64,000 bases of DNA, taken from contig CAZTTS010000005.1 in the NCBI GenBank assembly GCA_964616165.1, positions 15,651 to 79,650 of the forward strand, written 5' to 3'. Positions 1 to 9,720 of the stretch are shown piece after piece. How positions within the stretch are numbered: the stretch's first letter is position 1; every line of letters starts with the position of its first letter. The DNA comes from an uncultured Lachnospiraceae bacterium (lineage in GTDB: Bacteria; Bacillota; Clostridia; TANB77; CAG-508). Made by a program: the position numbers and the translations under genes. Under the pieces are notes generated by a model. That model did no database searches and had not been told where the DNA came from. It saw only the letters and a list, made by a program, of their open reading frames with translations.

Positions 1-921
1 ATTGTTGATGAAAGTAAGTTAGTAGAAAAATATATAAAATCACTACATAATGATTTTAAAAAATATTTAGATTTAAAAAACAATCATTTAATCATTGATT
101 CAGCAAATGGTTCAAATTATTTAATTGCAGAAAAAGTTTTTAAACTATTTGGGGCTAAAGTTGATATTATAAATAACACACCAAATGGAGTTAATATAAA
201 TGATAATTGTGGTGCTGTACATCCTGAAACATTAGCTAAAATAATGAAGAAAAAAGAAAATAAAGATAAATATACCTTAGGCATAGTTTTTGATGGAGAT
301 GGTGATAGATTTGTAGCTATTGACGAAAAAGGTGAACCTGTAAATGGTGATATTATAATGGGTATATCTGCACTATACTTAAATGAAATTGGATTAATTA
401 ATAAAAAAATAGCAGTAACTATTATGTCAAATATAGGCTTTATAAATTTTATGAGAAAGAAAGGTTTTGAAGTTTATCAAACTAAAGTAGGAGATAAATA
501 TGTTGCAGAAATTTTAGAAGAAAATAATGCACATTATGGAGGAGAACAATCTGGACATGTGCTTTTTACAAAAAACAAATTCACTGGTGATGCTATGCAA
601 TCTGCACTAATACTGCTTTCAGCAATTAAACATTTTAATAAACCTTTATCAGAACTTAGAAAACAAATTAAAATTCTACCTCAAGTATTAATCAGTGTTA
701 ATGTAGATAAGAATAAAAAACATGAGTTCTTAAATGTAAATATAAATAATAAAGTAATTAGCAAAATTGAAAAAGCTATTGAAAAAACAAATGGAAGAAT
801 GTTAATTAGACCATCAGGGACAGAACCATTAATTAGAGTAATGATTGAAGGCGAAGATATTGATCAAATTACAGAATGGGCAAAAGAAATTGCAGATATT
901 TATGCCAAACAATTAAAATAA
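1..921 (+). CDS. glmM: Phosphoglucosamine mutase GlmM, C-terminal part (5' end outside window)
   Basis: Frame 1 is open from nt 1. Contains NCGAVHPE and GDGDR phosphohexomutase motifs and ends ...IADIYAKQLK. The track ORF 244..921 is only its internal Met. Confidence 0.9.
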   Translation: MVDESKLVEKYIKSLHNDFKKYLDLKNNHLIIDSANGSNYLIAEKVFKLFGAKVDIINNTPNGVNINDNCGAVHPETLAKIMKKKENKDKYTLGIVFDGDGDRFVAIDEKGEPVNGDIIMGISALYLNEIGLINKKIAVTIMSNIGFINFMRKKGFEVYQTKVGDKYVAEILEENNAHYGGEQSGHVLFTKNKFTGDAMQSALILLSAIKHFNKPLSELRKQIKILPQVLISVNVDKNKKHEFLNVNINNKVISKIEKAIEKTNGRMLIRPSGTEPLIRVMIEGEDIDQITEWAKEIADIYAKQLK

Positions 922-1012
922 TATATGAAAAAATATATAAAGAATAGAAAAATATATAAATATATAAATAATATATAAATAATATATAAATAAATAATAT
1001 AAAGGAAATAAA

Positions 1013-1447
1013 ATGAGAATTTACACAGATGGAGCATGTAGTGGAAATCCAGGACCTGGAGGATGGGCAGCAGTTATACCACTTAAAACTAATAATATAA
1101 TCCTAAGAGGAGGAAAAGCTCAAACTACAAATAATGAAATGGAACTTAGAGCTGTAATAGAGGCCCTAAAAGCTATTGATTCTCCTGATACTATAGATAT
1201 ATATACTGATAGTGCATATGTTGAAAAAGCTTTTAATGAAAAATGGATAGAAAACTGGCAAAAGAATAGTTGGAAAACGGCTAATAAAGATGAAGTTAAA
1301 AACATTGATTTATGGAAAGAATTATTAGAACAAACTCAAAAACATAAAGTTAATTTTATAAAAGTAAAAGGTCATTCTAATGACAAATTTAATAATTTAT
1401 GTGATAAAATAGCAGTAGAAGAGTCTTTAAAATTTAATAAAGAGTAA
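1013..1447 (+). CDS. rnhA: Ribonuclease HI
   Basis: N-term MRIYTDGACSGNPGPGGWAAVI and the TDS/GH catalytic pattern typical of RNase H type 1. RBS AAAGGAAATAAA upstream of ATG. Confidence 0.85.
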   Translation: MRIYTDGACSGNPGPGGWAAVIPLKTNNIILRGGKAQTTNNEMELRAVIEALKAIDSPDTIDIYTDSAYVEKAFNEKWIENWQKNSWKTANKDEVKNIDLWKELLEQTQKHKVNFIKVKGHSNDKFNNLCDKIAVEESLKFNKE

Positions 1448-1491
1448 TTACACATTAAAATAAGAAGAAATAGAAGTTAAGAGAGATAAAT

Positions 1492-2115
1492 ATGGAATAT
1501 ATATTAATTGATGAGAAAAATACATATATAGATGAAGAAGTTGAAATAGGAGAAAACTCTATAATACATCCTTTTGTATTCTTAAAAGGAAATACTAAAA
1601 TAGGTTCAAATGTAGAAATTAAACCATTTTCTACTATTATTAACTCTACTATTGGAGACAGTACTATTATTGATTCATCTAATATAGAAGATAGTATTAT
1701 TGGAAATAATAATAAAATTGGTCCAATGGCACATTTAAGACCTGGTAATAATATTGGAAATAACTGTAAAATTGGTAATTTTGTTGAAGTAAAAAACTCA
1801 ACTTTAGGAAATAATATTAAGGCATCACATTTATCATATATAGGTGATGCTGATTTAGAAAGTAATATAAATATTGGATGTGGAGTTGTTTTTGTGAACT
1901 ATGATGGTGCAAATAAATTTAGAATTACTGTTAAAAGTAATGCCTTTATTGGATCTAATGTTAATATAATTGCACCTGTAACTATTGAAGAAAACTCATA
2001 TATTGCAGCAGGCTCAACTCTAACTATTGATACAGAAAAAGACGATTTAGTAATCGCAAGGCAAAAAGAAAGAATAATTAAAAATTGGAAAAGACCAGAG
2101 AAAAAGGGAGAATAA
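1492..2115 (+). CDS. Stand-alone left-handed beta-helix acetyltransferase, equivalent to the GlmU C-terminal (GlcN-1-P N-acetyltransferase) domain
   Basis: Hexapeptide repeats throughout. C-terminal VNYDGANKFRITV..FIGSN..IAPVTI....IAAGSTLT...KNWKRPEKK aligns with the GlmU acetyltransferase domain and tail. Stops upstream in frame, so there is no uridyltransferase domain. Confidence 0.7.
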   Translation: MEYILIDEKNTYIDEEVEIGENSIIHPFVFLKGNTKIGSNVEIKPFSTIINSTIGDSTIIDSSNIEDSIIGNNNKIGPMAHLRPGNNIGNNCKIGNFVEVKNSTLGNNIKASHLSYIGDADLESNINIGCGVVFVNYDGANKFRITVKSNAFIGSNVNIIAPVTIEENSYIAAGSTLTIDTEKDDLVIARQKERIIKNWKRPEKKGE

Positions 2116-2116
2116 T

Positions 2117-3505
2117 ATGAAAGTAGTAATAATTGGTGGAGTAGCAGGAGGAATTACTGTTGCAAGAAGATTAAGAAGAAAAGATAAGAATATAGAAATT
2201 GAAATCATTGATAGATCATATCATTTAGCTCCTTCTTCATGCATGCTTCCATATGCTCTTGAACAAAATTTTAATGAAGATCATCTACATACTGGGAATA
2301 TAGAAGAATTTCAAGAAAAATATAATATTAAAGTTAAGTTAATGACAGAAGTTATTGATATAAACGAAAAAAACAAAGAACTAAAAGTAATTGAAACAGG
2401 TTCTGGTGCTATATATAAAGTTAATTTTGATAAATTAGTTATCTCAACTGGAACAGATGCAATTAAATTAAAAGAATTAGATAATTTGAATAATAATATA
2501 TTTATATTTAAGAATATTAAAAATCTTCAAAGATTAAAAAGCAAATTATATACTGAAGGTTATAAAGATATAACTGTTATAGGTGCAGGACCATTAGGAT
2601 TAGAAATAGCAGAAGTTTTACATGGATTAGGTTTTAACCTTACTGTAATTGATAGAGAAAAAAGAATTCTACCTCAATACAATGCTTCAATAGCAGAAAT
2701 ATTAGAAAAAAGTATAAAAGATAAAATTAATCTTTTAACAGATTCAAAAATATTATCTTCTAAACTACAAGGAGATAAAATTGAATTAAGATTAAATACT
2801 GGAACACATTTAACAGACATTGTTATTGTAACTGTGGGAAATAGACCAAATACTAACTTTTTAGATAATTCTAATATAAAGAAAGATAAATCAGGATTTA
2901 TTTATGTAGATGAATACTTTAAAACCAATAATAAGGATATCTACGCACTTGGTGATGTTATTCTAACAAAAGAATATATAACAAAAGAAAATATGGTATT
3001 TGGAACAGCTGGAGTTACACAAAGACAAGCAAAATTTGTTGCAGATAATATTTTATCTACAATTAATAAAAAAATAATAGCTCCACCATATAAAGGTGCT
3101 ATAAAAACTGAAATAGTTAAAATCTTTGATTATACAATAGGAAGAGTTGGTCTAAATGAAAGAGAGATTTCGACATATTTAAAAAATAATAATAAAATAG
3201 TTTCTTTAGAACAAGATATTGATACAGTATATATAGAAGAAACAAGCAATGTTACTTCTTTTGATTATGCAAGTCCAATATACTTAGTAGGTTATTTTAA
3301 TAAAAAGAATCAAGAACTAATTGGAGTGCAAGCAGTTGGAAAGTATGGAATTGATAAAAGACTTGATGTTGCAGCAACAGCTATAAGAGCAAATATGACT
3401 GCTGAAGATCTTATTAATTTAGATTTAACATATTCACCACCATATAATATCCCTAAAGATATCTTAAACAGATTGGGCAGTTTAGCTGTTAAAGGTGATA
3501 ATTAA
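2117..3505 (+). CDS. FAD-dependent pyridine nucleotide-disulfide oxidoreductase (NADH oxidase / CoA-disulfide reductase family)
   Basis: N-terminal GGVAGG FAD motif, redox Cys in APSSCMLPY, second GAGPLGLE NAD(P) motif, about 460 aa. Confidence 0.8.
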   Translation: MKVVIIGGVAGGITVARRLRRKDKNIEIEIIDRSYHLAPSSCMLPYALEQNFNEDHLHTGNIEEFQEKYNIKVKLMTEVIDINEKNKELKVIETGSGAIYKVNFDKLVISTGTDAIKLKELDNLNNNIFIFKNIKNLQRLKSKLYTEGYKDITVIGAGPLGLEIAEVLHGLGFNLTVIDREKRILPQYNASIAEILEKSIKDKINLLTDSKILSSKLQGDKIELRLNTGTHLTDIVIVTVGNRPNTNFLDNSNIKKDKSGFIYVDEYFKTNNKDIYALGDVILTKEYITKENMVFGTAGVTQRQAKFVADNILSTINKKIIAPPYKGAIKTEIVKIFDYTIGRVGLNEREISTYLKNNNKIVSLEQDIDTVYIEETSNVTSFDYASPIYLVGYFNKKNQELIGVQAVGKYGIDKRLDVAATAIRANMTAEDLINLDLTYSPPYNIPKDILNRLGSLAVKGDN

Positions 3506-4866
3506 TGAGATTTTATTTAGCTATAATACTTTGTAAAATATTAGATATTATAGCAAAAATTCTAATTGGACATCCATCACATAAAGCTGGTAAAATAGCT
3601 TTAAAAATTTATCCTGAACTTTTAAGTAAAATTGAAAAGCCAGAAAAGATTGTAGGAATAACAGGAACAAATGGTAAAACAACTGTTACTAATTTGCTTG
3701 TAGATACAATGGAAAATTTAGGATATAAAGTGCTACATAATAAAGAAGGAGCAAATATTGAAGATGGATTAGTTACAGCTTTAGTTACAGGTTCAACTCT
3801 AAAAGGTAAGACTAAGTATAAACATGCAGTATTAGAACTTGATGAAAGATATATGCCTGTTCTTCTTAAAGGAATTCACTTAGATCATTTAATAATTACA
3901 AATATGCTTCGAGACTCTATAAGAAGAAATGCTCATGTTGAATTTATAACTAAAATCTTAACTGATTCAATAAAAGAAGTTACTACTATAATAGTAAATG
4001 GAGATGATATTGTAGCATCAAGTATTGGTAATGTTAAAAACAAAATATATTATTCGTTTTCAAAACAGGAAAAGGACAGTGAAAAACCATTTAATAGAAT
4101 TAGAGATATAATGGTTTGTCCAGAATGTTTTGAATATTTACAATTTGATTATGTTAAAACAAATCATATAGGTAAAATATATTGCCCTAATGGACATATA
4201 CAAAATGCTAAGTCAGATTATAATATCAATACTATTAATAAAGACAAGAACACTATGGAAGTTAATATAAAAGGCAATAATTTTGATTTTCCACTAATAT
4301 CGGAATCAATGTTTAATCAATACAATGAAGTAGCTGTTATTTCTTATTTAAGTGAAATCGGTCATACTCCTGAGGAGATAGCGGAAGCTTTAAAAGATAT
4401 TAAAATAGTTAAAACTAGATATTCTGAATATAAACTTCAAGATAATAAGAAATTTATATTAAACTTAACTAAGGGACAAAATTCTTTTGCATGTACAAAT
4501 GTATTTAAATATGTTAAAGATTATCCTGGTACTAAAAGTATTATTTTAATATTAGATGATGCAACTGACAATAAAGAAGCATCTGAAACTGTTATGTGGC
4601 ATTATGATGCAGATTGGAACTTATTTAATGACCCAACAGTAAAACAAGTAATAATAGGTGGTCAGAGATCTGTAGATATGCTTTTAAAAGCTTTATTAGA
4701 CGGCATTCCAAAAGAAAAACTTCATTATGAATTAGATGAGCTAGATACACCAAATAAACTAGATTATTCTTCAGATACAATTTTCTTATTATATGATATA
4801 TATGCACAAAAATTAGCTTGGAAAATACGAGATAAAATCTTAGATGAGAAAGGAATAAAGAATTAA
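3505..4866 (+). CDS. murT: Lipid II isoglutaminyl synthase subunit MurT (Mur ligase family)
   Basis: Mur ligase P-loop GITGTNGKTT, Cys-rich ribbon CPECFEY..CPNGH and a DUF1727-like C-terminus. Immediately followed by gatD. Confidence 0.85.
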   Translation: MRFYLAIILCKILDIIAKILIGHPSHKAGKIALKIYPELLSKIEKPEKIVGITGTNGKTTVTNLLVDTMENLGYKVLHNKEGANIEDGLVTALVTGSTLKGKTKYKHAVLELDERYMPVLLKGIHLDHLIITNMLRDSIRRNAHVEFITKILTDSIKEVTTIIVNGDDIVASSIGNVKNKIYYSFSKQEKDSEKPFNRIRDIMVCPECFEYLQFDYVKTNHIGKIYCPNGHIQNAKSDYNINTINKDKNTMEVNIKGNNFDFPLISESMFNQYNEVAVISYLSEIGHTPEEIAEALKDIKIVKTRYSEYKLQDNKKFILNLTKGQNSFACTNVFKYVKDYPGTKSIILILDDATDNKEASETVMWHYDADWNLFNDPTVKQVIIGGQRSVDMLLKALLDGIPKEKLHYELDELDTPNKLDYSSDTIFLLYDIYAQKLAWKIRDKILDEKGIKN

Positions 4867-4867
4867 T

Positions 4868-5596
4868 ATGAAAATAGAAATACTTTACCCAGAATTTTGT
4901 AATCTATATGGTGATTTAGGTAATGTTTTATATTTAGAAGAAACATTAAAAAATAGTGCAGAATTCATATATACAAATATTCTAGATAAACCAAGATTTT
5001 TATCTGAAGATATATCTTTAGTATATATTGGTTCTTTATCTGAAAATTCACAAAAAATAGTTTTAGAAAAATTATTACCATATAAAGATGAAATTAATCA
5101 AAAAATACAAAACAATCAAACATTCCTAGCAACTGGTAATGCTTTTGAATTGTTTGGACAATATATATTAGAAGAAAATGGAAATAAAATCGAGTGTCTA
5201 GGTATAATAAATACATATGCAAAACAAGAAATGATGAAAAGATGGAATGCTTTTTGTCTTGCTGAGTATGAGGAAATACAAATTGTAGGTTTTAAAAGTC
5301 AATTTACAGAAAGTTTCTTAATTAATAAAGAAGAAAATTTGCCTTTTACTGCTAAGGTTATTAGAGGTTCAGGAATAAGTAAAGATTCAAAAGATGAGAT
5401 AATTAAAATCAATAATTTTTATGCTACATATCTTTTAGGTCCACTACTGCCTTTAAATCCACTTTTTACAAAAAAACTATTAAGTTCTATAGGATATAAT
5501 GAAGAGCTAGCATATGAAGATATTGCTATGCGAGCATATAGTTTAAGATTAAATGATTTTACAAATCCTAAGAAAAAGATAGATACAAATGATTAA
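4868..5596 (+). CDS. gatD: Lipid II isoglutaminyl synthase glutaminase subunit GatD (CobB/CobQ-like GATase)
   Basis: Conserved MurT partner of about 240 aa starting MKIEILYPEFCNLYGDLGN, 1 nt after the murT stop. Confidence 0.8.
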   Translation: MKIEILYPEFCNLYGDLGNVLYLEETLKNSAEFIYTNILDKPRFLSEDISLVYIGSLSENSQKIVLEKLLPYKDEINQKIQNNQTFLATGNAFELFGQYILEENGNKIECLGIINTYAKQEMMKRWNAFCLAEYEEIQIVGFKSQFTESFLINKEENLPFTAKVIRGSGISKDSKDEIIKINNFYATYLLGPLLPLNPLFTKKLLSSIGYNEELAYEDIAMRAYSLRLNDFTNPKKKIDTND

Positions 5597-5600
5597 TATA

Positions 5601-6632
5601 TTATAAATTAGCTAAAGGATTGCTTTCTAAAGCTTCTTTTACCTGTTCTTCGTTTAAATGAGTATAGATTTCGGTTGTTGCGATAGACTCATGACCTAAA
5701 ACTTTCTGTAATGCTCGTATATCTACATTCCCATGTTGATACATTAAAGTTGCTGCTGTATGTCTTAATTTATGTGTAGAATATTTATCAGTATTTATTC
5801 CTGCTTTTTGAAGTTCTGCTTTAACTATATATTGTACAGATCTTCTACTTATTCTAACTTTTCTTTCACTTAAAAATAATGCATCTTTATGTTCTGGTTC
5901 AACTTCGTCATCTGGTCTTACTTTTAAATAATTATTTATAGCTTTACTACAAGCCTTATTTAAAAACAACTCTCTTTCTTTATTGCCTTTTCCTTTTATT
6001 CTAATTTTCTTTTCAATAAAATTTATATCACTAATATTAATAGCTATAAGTTCACCCAGTCTTAAGCCACAATTTAAAAACAATGTTATTATTGCTGTAT
6101 TTCTTTCAATAAATTTGTCTGAAGATTTAGGATTAAATTCTGGATTTTCAACTACTTCTAATAGTCTTTTTGACTCATCTAAATTTAAATAAACAGGTAG
6201 TTTTTTAGGAATCTTAGGGGTTTCTAAATTAATAGTAGGGTTTTCTGTTAATTTTTTTGTTATCTTTGTTTGATATTTAAAGAATGATCTTATAGAAGAT
6301 GCTCTCCTTGCTATTGTTACAGGACCTACATTATACCCATCTTTTAAATAATACAAGAAAGCATGAATATCTTCTATTACAATCTTTTTAATAAAATCAT
6401 ATTCTAATTTACTAATATCAATATATTTTATAACTTCAGGATATGAAGCATTGTCAGGGTTAACAGTACCAGCAGGAATTTTATCACCGCTATATCTATA
6501 TCTTAAATATTTAAAGAAGTGAGATAGGTCATAACCATACTCCTTAACTGTGCCTTTAGACTTATTTAATATAGTAGCAGTATATTCTAAGTATTCATTT
6601 AAAAATTTTGGATTTTCTTCTTTTTTAATCAT
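5601..6632 (-). CDS. Tyrosine site-specific recombinase (phage-integrase/XerC-like family)
   Basis: C-terminal catalytic region ...HKLRHTAATLMYQHGNVDIRALQKVLGHESIATTEIYTHL (R..H..R/HxxR..Y). N-terminal SAM-like core-binding domain. Start re-set to the internal ATG preceded by GAGGGTG; the track's longer N-term is probably a non-ATG extension. Confidence 0.85.
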   Translation of the reverse strand: MIKKEENPKFLNEYLEYTATILNKSKGTVKEYGYDLSHFFKYLRYRYSGDKIPAGTVNPDNASYPEVIKYIDISKLEYDFIKKIVIEDIHAFLYYLKDGYNVGPVTIARRASSIRSFFKYQTKITKKLTENPTINLETPKIPKKLPVYLNLDESKRLLEVVENPEFNPKSSDKFIERNTAIITLFLNCGLRLGELIAINISDINFIEKKIRIKGKGNKERELFLNKACSKAINNYLKVRPDDEVEPEHKDALFLSERKVRISRRSVQYIVKAELQKAGINTDKYSTHKLRHTAATLMYQHGNVDIRALQKVLGHESIATTEIYTHLNEEQVKEALESNPLANL

Positions 6633-6772
6633 ACACCCTCTATAATTATAATACCAAAAGAAGGGAAATATTAATAGAGTTTTGTGCAATGTTTTTATTA
6701 AGAATATGTAACAAATACAATATTTAATAAAAAACAATGGAAAAACAGTTAAAAAAAAGATAACATATTATT

Positions 6773-7456
6773 ATGAACAATAAAGAAATGAATGTTTTTC
6801 AATCTAGAGAAGAACAAACAAAAGAGAATATTATAGAAACTAAAAAACAGAAAATATTGCTGTTAAGTATAATACTTTTCTTAGTTGTATTGGTTACTTT
6901 AGTAATATTTGTTAGAAGAAATATTGAAATCATAGAAGAAATGAAACCATCATTAATAACTATATCTGTTCCTAAAAGTGAAGCTTTTGCTAAAAACACA
7001 AAAATAGAAGTAGGGTACTTACTAATGCCTGATCATATTGATTCTAGTACTTTAACTTGGCATAGTTCAAATGAAGAAGTTGCACAATTTTTAGAAGGTA
7101 ATGTTCTACAGACTTTATCTATTGGTCAATCAATGATTTACGCTGAATTAGGTGGTGTTAAAAGTAATGAACTAAATATTATTGTTGCTAATTTCTTAGA
7201 AGATGTAGATATTACTAATATACCTAAACAATTATCAATAAATAAAAGCTTAGAACTTGAAGTAGAACTACTTCCAGCCGATTCAGTTAATACTACAATT
7301 AAAATAGAATCATCAGATGAGAAAATAATATCAGTGAGAGAGAGGACAATAACAGCACATCATGCTGGAGAAGCTACTTTAACAATAAAAGATAAGTTCA
7401 ATAATATCTTAAGAAGTTACGAAATACAGGTTATAGCTGATTCAAGTACAATATAA
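6773..7456 (+). CDS. Membrane-anchored protein with two Ig-like (Big_2-type) repeats
   Basis: One N-terminal TM segment (LLLSIILFLVVLVTLVIFV) followed by two repeated modules of about 80 aa resembling bacterial Ig-like group 2 domains. Confidence 0.5.
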   Translation: MNNKEMNVFQSREEQTKENIIETKKQKILLLSIILFLVVLVTLVIFVRRNIEIIEEMKPSLITISVPKSEAFAKNTKIEVGYLLMPDHIDSSTLTWHSSNEEVAQFLEGNVLQTLSIGQSMIYAELGGVKSNELNIIVANFLEDVDITNIPKQLSINKSLELEVELLPADSVNTTIKIESSDEKIISVRERTITAHHAGEATLTIKDKFNNILRSYEIQVIADSSTI

Positions 7457-7554
7457 TAATATTTTTATACAAGATATCGTAACTTAAACATAATACTTAA
7501 TATATTACAGATATTACAAACATTATAAATAATATAGATATTCAAAATTTATAG

Positions 7555-7580
7555 AAAGGGACGCGTCCCTTTCATTTTTT
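7555..7580 (+). terminator. Rho-independent terminator: perfect 18-bp palindrome AAAGGGACGCGTCCCTTT followed by a T-run
   Basis: GC-rich perfect dyad followed by CATTTTTT, 100 nt downstream of the + strand ORF ending at 7456. Confidence 0.65.
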
Positions 7581-8307
7581 CTATATTTTTAGTTTTATTA
7601 AGAAACTATAAATATAGTATTAATTCAGAAATTTTTTCTAAAATCTAAATATATAAATAATTACAATTAAATAAAATTATCAATATGAATATTATTATAA
7701 ATATAAAATAAATATCTATATCAAAATAAATGATAATAAAAAAATAACTACAAACTAAATTTAAATACATATAAAATATTTTTTATAAACAATCTTTAAA
7801 TTATTTTATATCTACCAAGCTCTAAAATTTAAAATTATACTTTTATAATAAAAACTAAGTATATATCATAGATCATATTAATATTTTAATATGGAAATTC
7901 TTAAATGTTGATTTATCAGGATTCTAAAATATGACCAAAAAAACGAGGCTCTAGAATCGATTTTAAGGCATTTTTAAAAGTTTCCCATATACTATCATTA
8001 ACGTAGACGCTTCGTTTACAAGGCTTAGAGCGATTTTCGTATTTATAGTGAAATATGATTTTAAAAATTTAATATGAGTTATTTTTTTATAAAAGGAGTT
8101 AAAAATATATTTAGTATAAAATAAATATAAACTAATATAAAATTATATAAATTAATTTATGGATATAATTAAAAATAAATAGATATATAATATAAAGAAT
8201 AAAATATAAGCTCTAAAATAAGAATATAAAAGCAAATATAATAATAAGAAGATATATTATATATTCTTTATCAGAAGAATAGACAAATTAAACAGAGAGA
8301 CAGCTAA

Positions 8308-8362
8308 AAACAACAAAAAAAGCTATATCAAGTGAATGATATAACTTTTGATATTAGAGCTG
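8308..8362 (-). terminator. Possible clpX terminator (AT-rich imperfect hairpin with T-run on minus strand)
   Basis: Imperfect inverted repeat AGCTATATCAA...TTGATAT(tag)AGCT preceded on the plus strand by an A-run, which is a T-run after the hairpin on the minus strand. Confidence 0.3.
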
Positions 8363-8402
8363 CATAAAACAATCATTTTGTGCAATTACTTCTTATTTTA
8401 TT

Positions 8403-9707
8403 TTAGTTGGCTGCTTGCTTATTCTCTTCTGACTTAACTTCAGGTTCTTGCTTGTCTTCAGCCTTTCCATCATATACTAGGACTGCCTTCTCTAAATTTA
8501 ATACATTATCTTTTGTTATTATACACTTCTTTATAGCTTTATTTGATGGTATTTCAAACATTGCATCACGCATTATTTCTTCTAAGATAGATCTTAATCC
8601 TCTAGCTCCAGTTTCTCTTTCTATAGCTTTTTTAACAATTTCATCTATCGCGTCTTCATCAAATTCTAATTCTACATTATCTAAAGATAAAAGCTTTGTA
8701 AATTGCTTAATTAGAGAGTTTTTAGGTTTTGTTAATATAAGTTTTAAAGCTTTTTCATCTAATGCCTCTAAAGCGCTATATATTGGAAGTCTTCCTACAA
8801 ATTCTGGAATTAATCCAAATTTAATTAAGTCTTCAGGTTGCATAAATTTTAAAGCTTCACCTTTAATAGTTTCATCTTTACTCTTAATATTAGCTTCAAA
8901 ACCAATCGTCTTCTCTCCAATTCTATTATTTATTATATCTTCTAAGCCTTCAAATGCTCCACCACATATAAATAAAATATTTGTAGTATCAATATATATT
9001 AATTCTTGTGCAGGATGCTTTCTTCCTCCCTGAGGTGGTATTCCTGCCATTGTTCCTTCAATAATTTTTAGAAGTGCTTGTTGTACTCCCTCTCCACTCA
9101 CATCTCTTGTTATAGACTGATGTTCAGATTTTCTAGTAATTTTATCAATTTCATCTACATATATAATACCTTTTTGTGCTTTTTCAATATCAAAATCAGC
9201 CGCTTGTAGTAATCTAACTAGAATGTTTTCAACATCGTCTCCCACATAACCAGCCTCAGTAAGTGTTGTAGCATCAGCTATTGCAAATGGTACATTTAAT
9301 ATTTTAGCAAGAGTTTGAGCAAGTAATGTTTTTCCTGATCCTGTAGGGCCTAATAATAATATATTACTTTTTTGTATTTCAACATCATTATCTTCTTCTG
9401 AAAGATTATTAATTCTTTTATAATGATTATATACTGCAACAGAAAGAGTTTTCTTTGCATCTTCCTGCCCTATTACATATTTGTCTAAATGCGATTTAAT
9501 TTCAGATGGTTTTAAAACATCAATTTTTGCGCCTTTGCTAGCTTTTTTTGTTTGTTCAATTTCAAATTGAATCATTTCATAGCAAACATTAACACACTCA
9601 TCACAAATAAATGCATTATCTAAGCCTTCAATCATCTTATTTGCCAATGCTGCTGGTTTACCACAAAAAGAGCATTTAGGCATATCAGTTTCATCTTTTT
9701 TTGACAT
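8403..9707 (-). CDS. clpX: ATP-dependent Clp protease ATP-binding subunit ClpX
   Basis: N-terminal C4 zinc finger CSFCGK...CDEC, Walker A GPTGSGKT, 434 aa, immediately downstream of clpP. Confidence 0.95.
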   Translation of the reverse strand: MSKKDETDMPKCSFCGKPAALANKMIEGLDNAFICDECVNVCYEMIQFEIEQTKKASKGAKIDVLKPSEIKSHLDKYVIGQEDAKKTLSVAVYNHYKRINNLSEEDNDVEIQKSNILLLGPTGSGKTLLAQTLAKILNVPFAIADATTLTEAGYVGDDVENILVRLLQAADFDIEKAQKGIIYVDEIDKITRKSEHQSITRDVSGEGVQQALLKIIEGTMAGIPPQGGRKHPAQELIYIDTTNILFICGGAFEGLEDIINNRIGEKTIGFEANIKSKDETIKGEALKFMQPEDLIKFGLIPEFVGRLPIYSALEALDEKALKLILTKPKNSLIKQFTKLLSLDNVELEFDEDAIDEIVKKAIERETGARGLRSILEEIMRDAMFEIPSNKAIKKCIITKDNVLNLEKAVLVYDGKAEDKQEPEVKSEENKQAAN

Positions 9708-9720
9708 AGACTATCCTCCT

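Noticed and set aside
6690-6725. dif-like sequence AAGAATATGTAACAAATAC upstream of the recombinase gene
   Set aside because: Only a partial resemblance to the Firmicutes dif XerD arm (TTATGTAAACT) and a poor XerC arm. It is kept as a possibility under the terminus finding, not as a called feature.
5601-7456. Integrase as evidence of a prophage or integrative element
   Set aside because: No phage, conjugation or IS genes, no flanking tRNA and no clear att repeats around the gene. It is treated as a chromosomal Xer-like recombinase.
7925-8050. Protein-coding remnant or small ORF in the GC-richer core of the intergenic region
   Set aside because: All six frames are interrupted by stops within 25 codons, and there is no ATG with an RBS. 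It is left as a possible sRNA or relic rather than a CDS.
8407-9033. 208-aa ORF on the + strand, plus the other listed antisense ORFs (1120-1305, 4625-4807, 5983-6192, 6799-6999, 10073-10264, 12253-12522, 13040-13438, 14512-14823, 28479-28943, 34475-34867, 51048-51368, 52374-52688, 53553-53867 and more)
   Set aside because: Each lies wholly inside a strongly supported conserved gene on the opposite strand. Their low-complexity S/L/F-rich composition is typical of antisense frames of AT-rich coding DNA.
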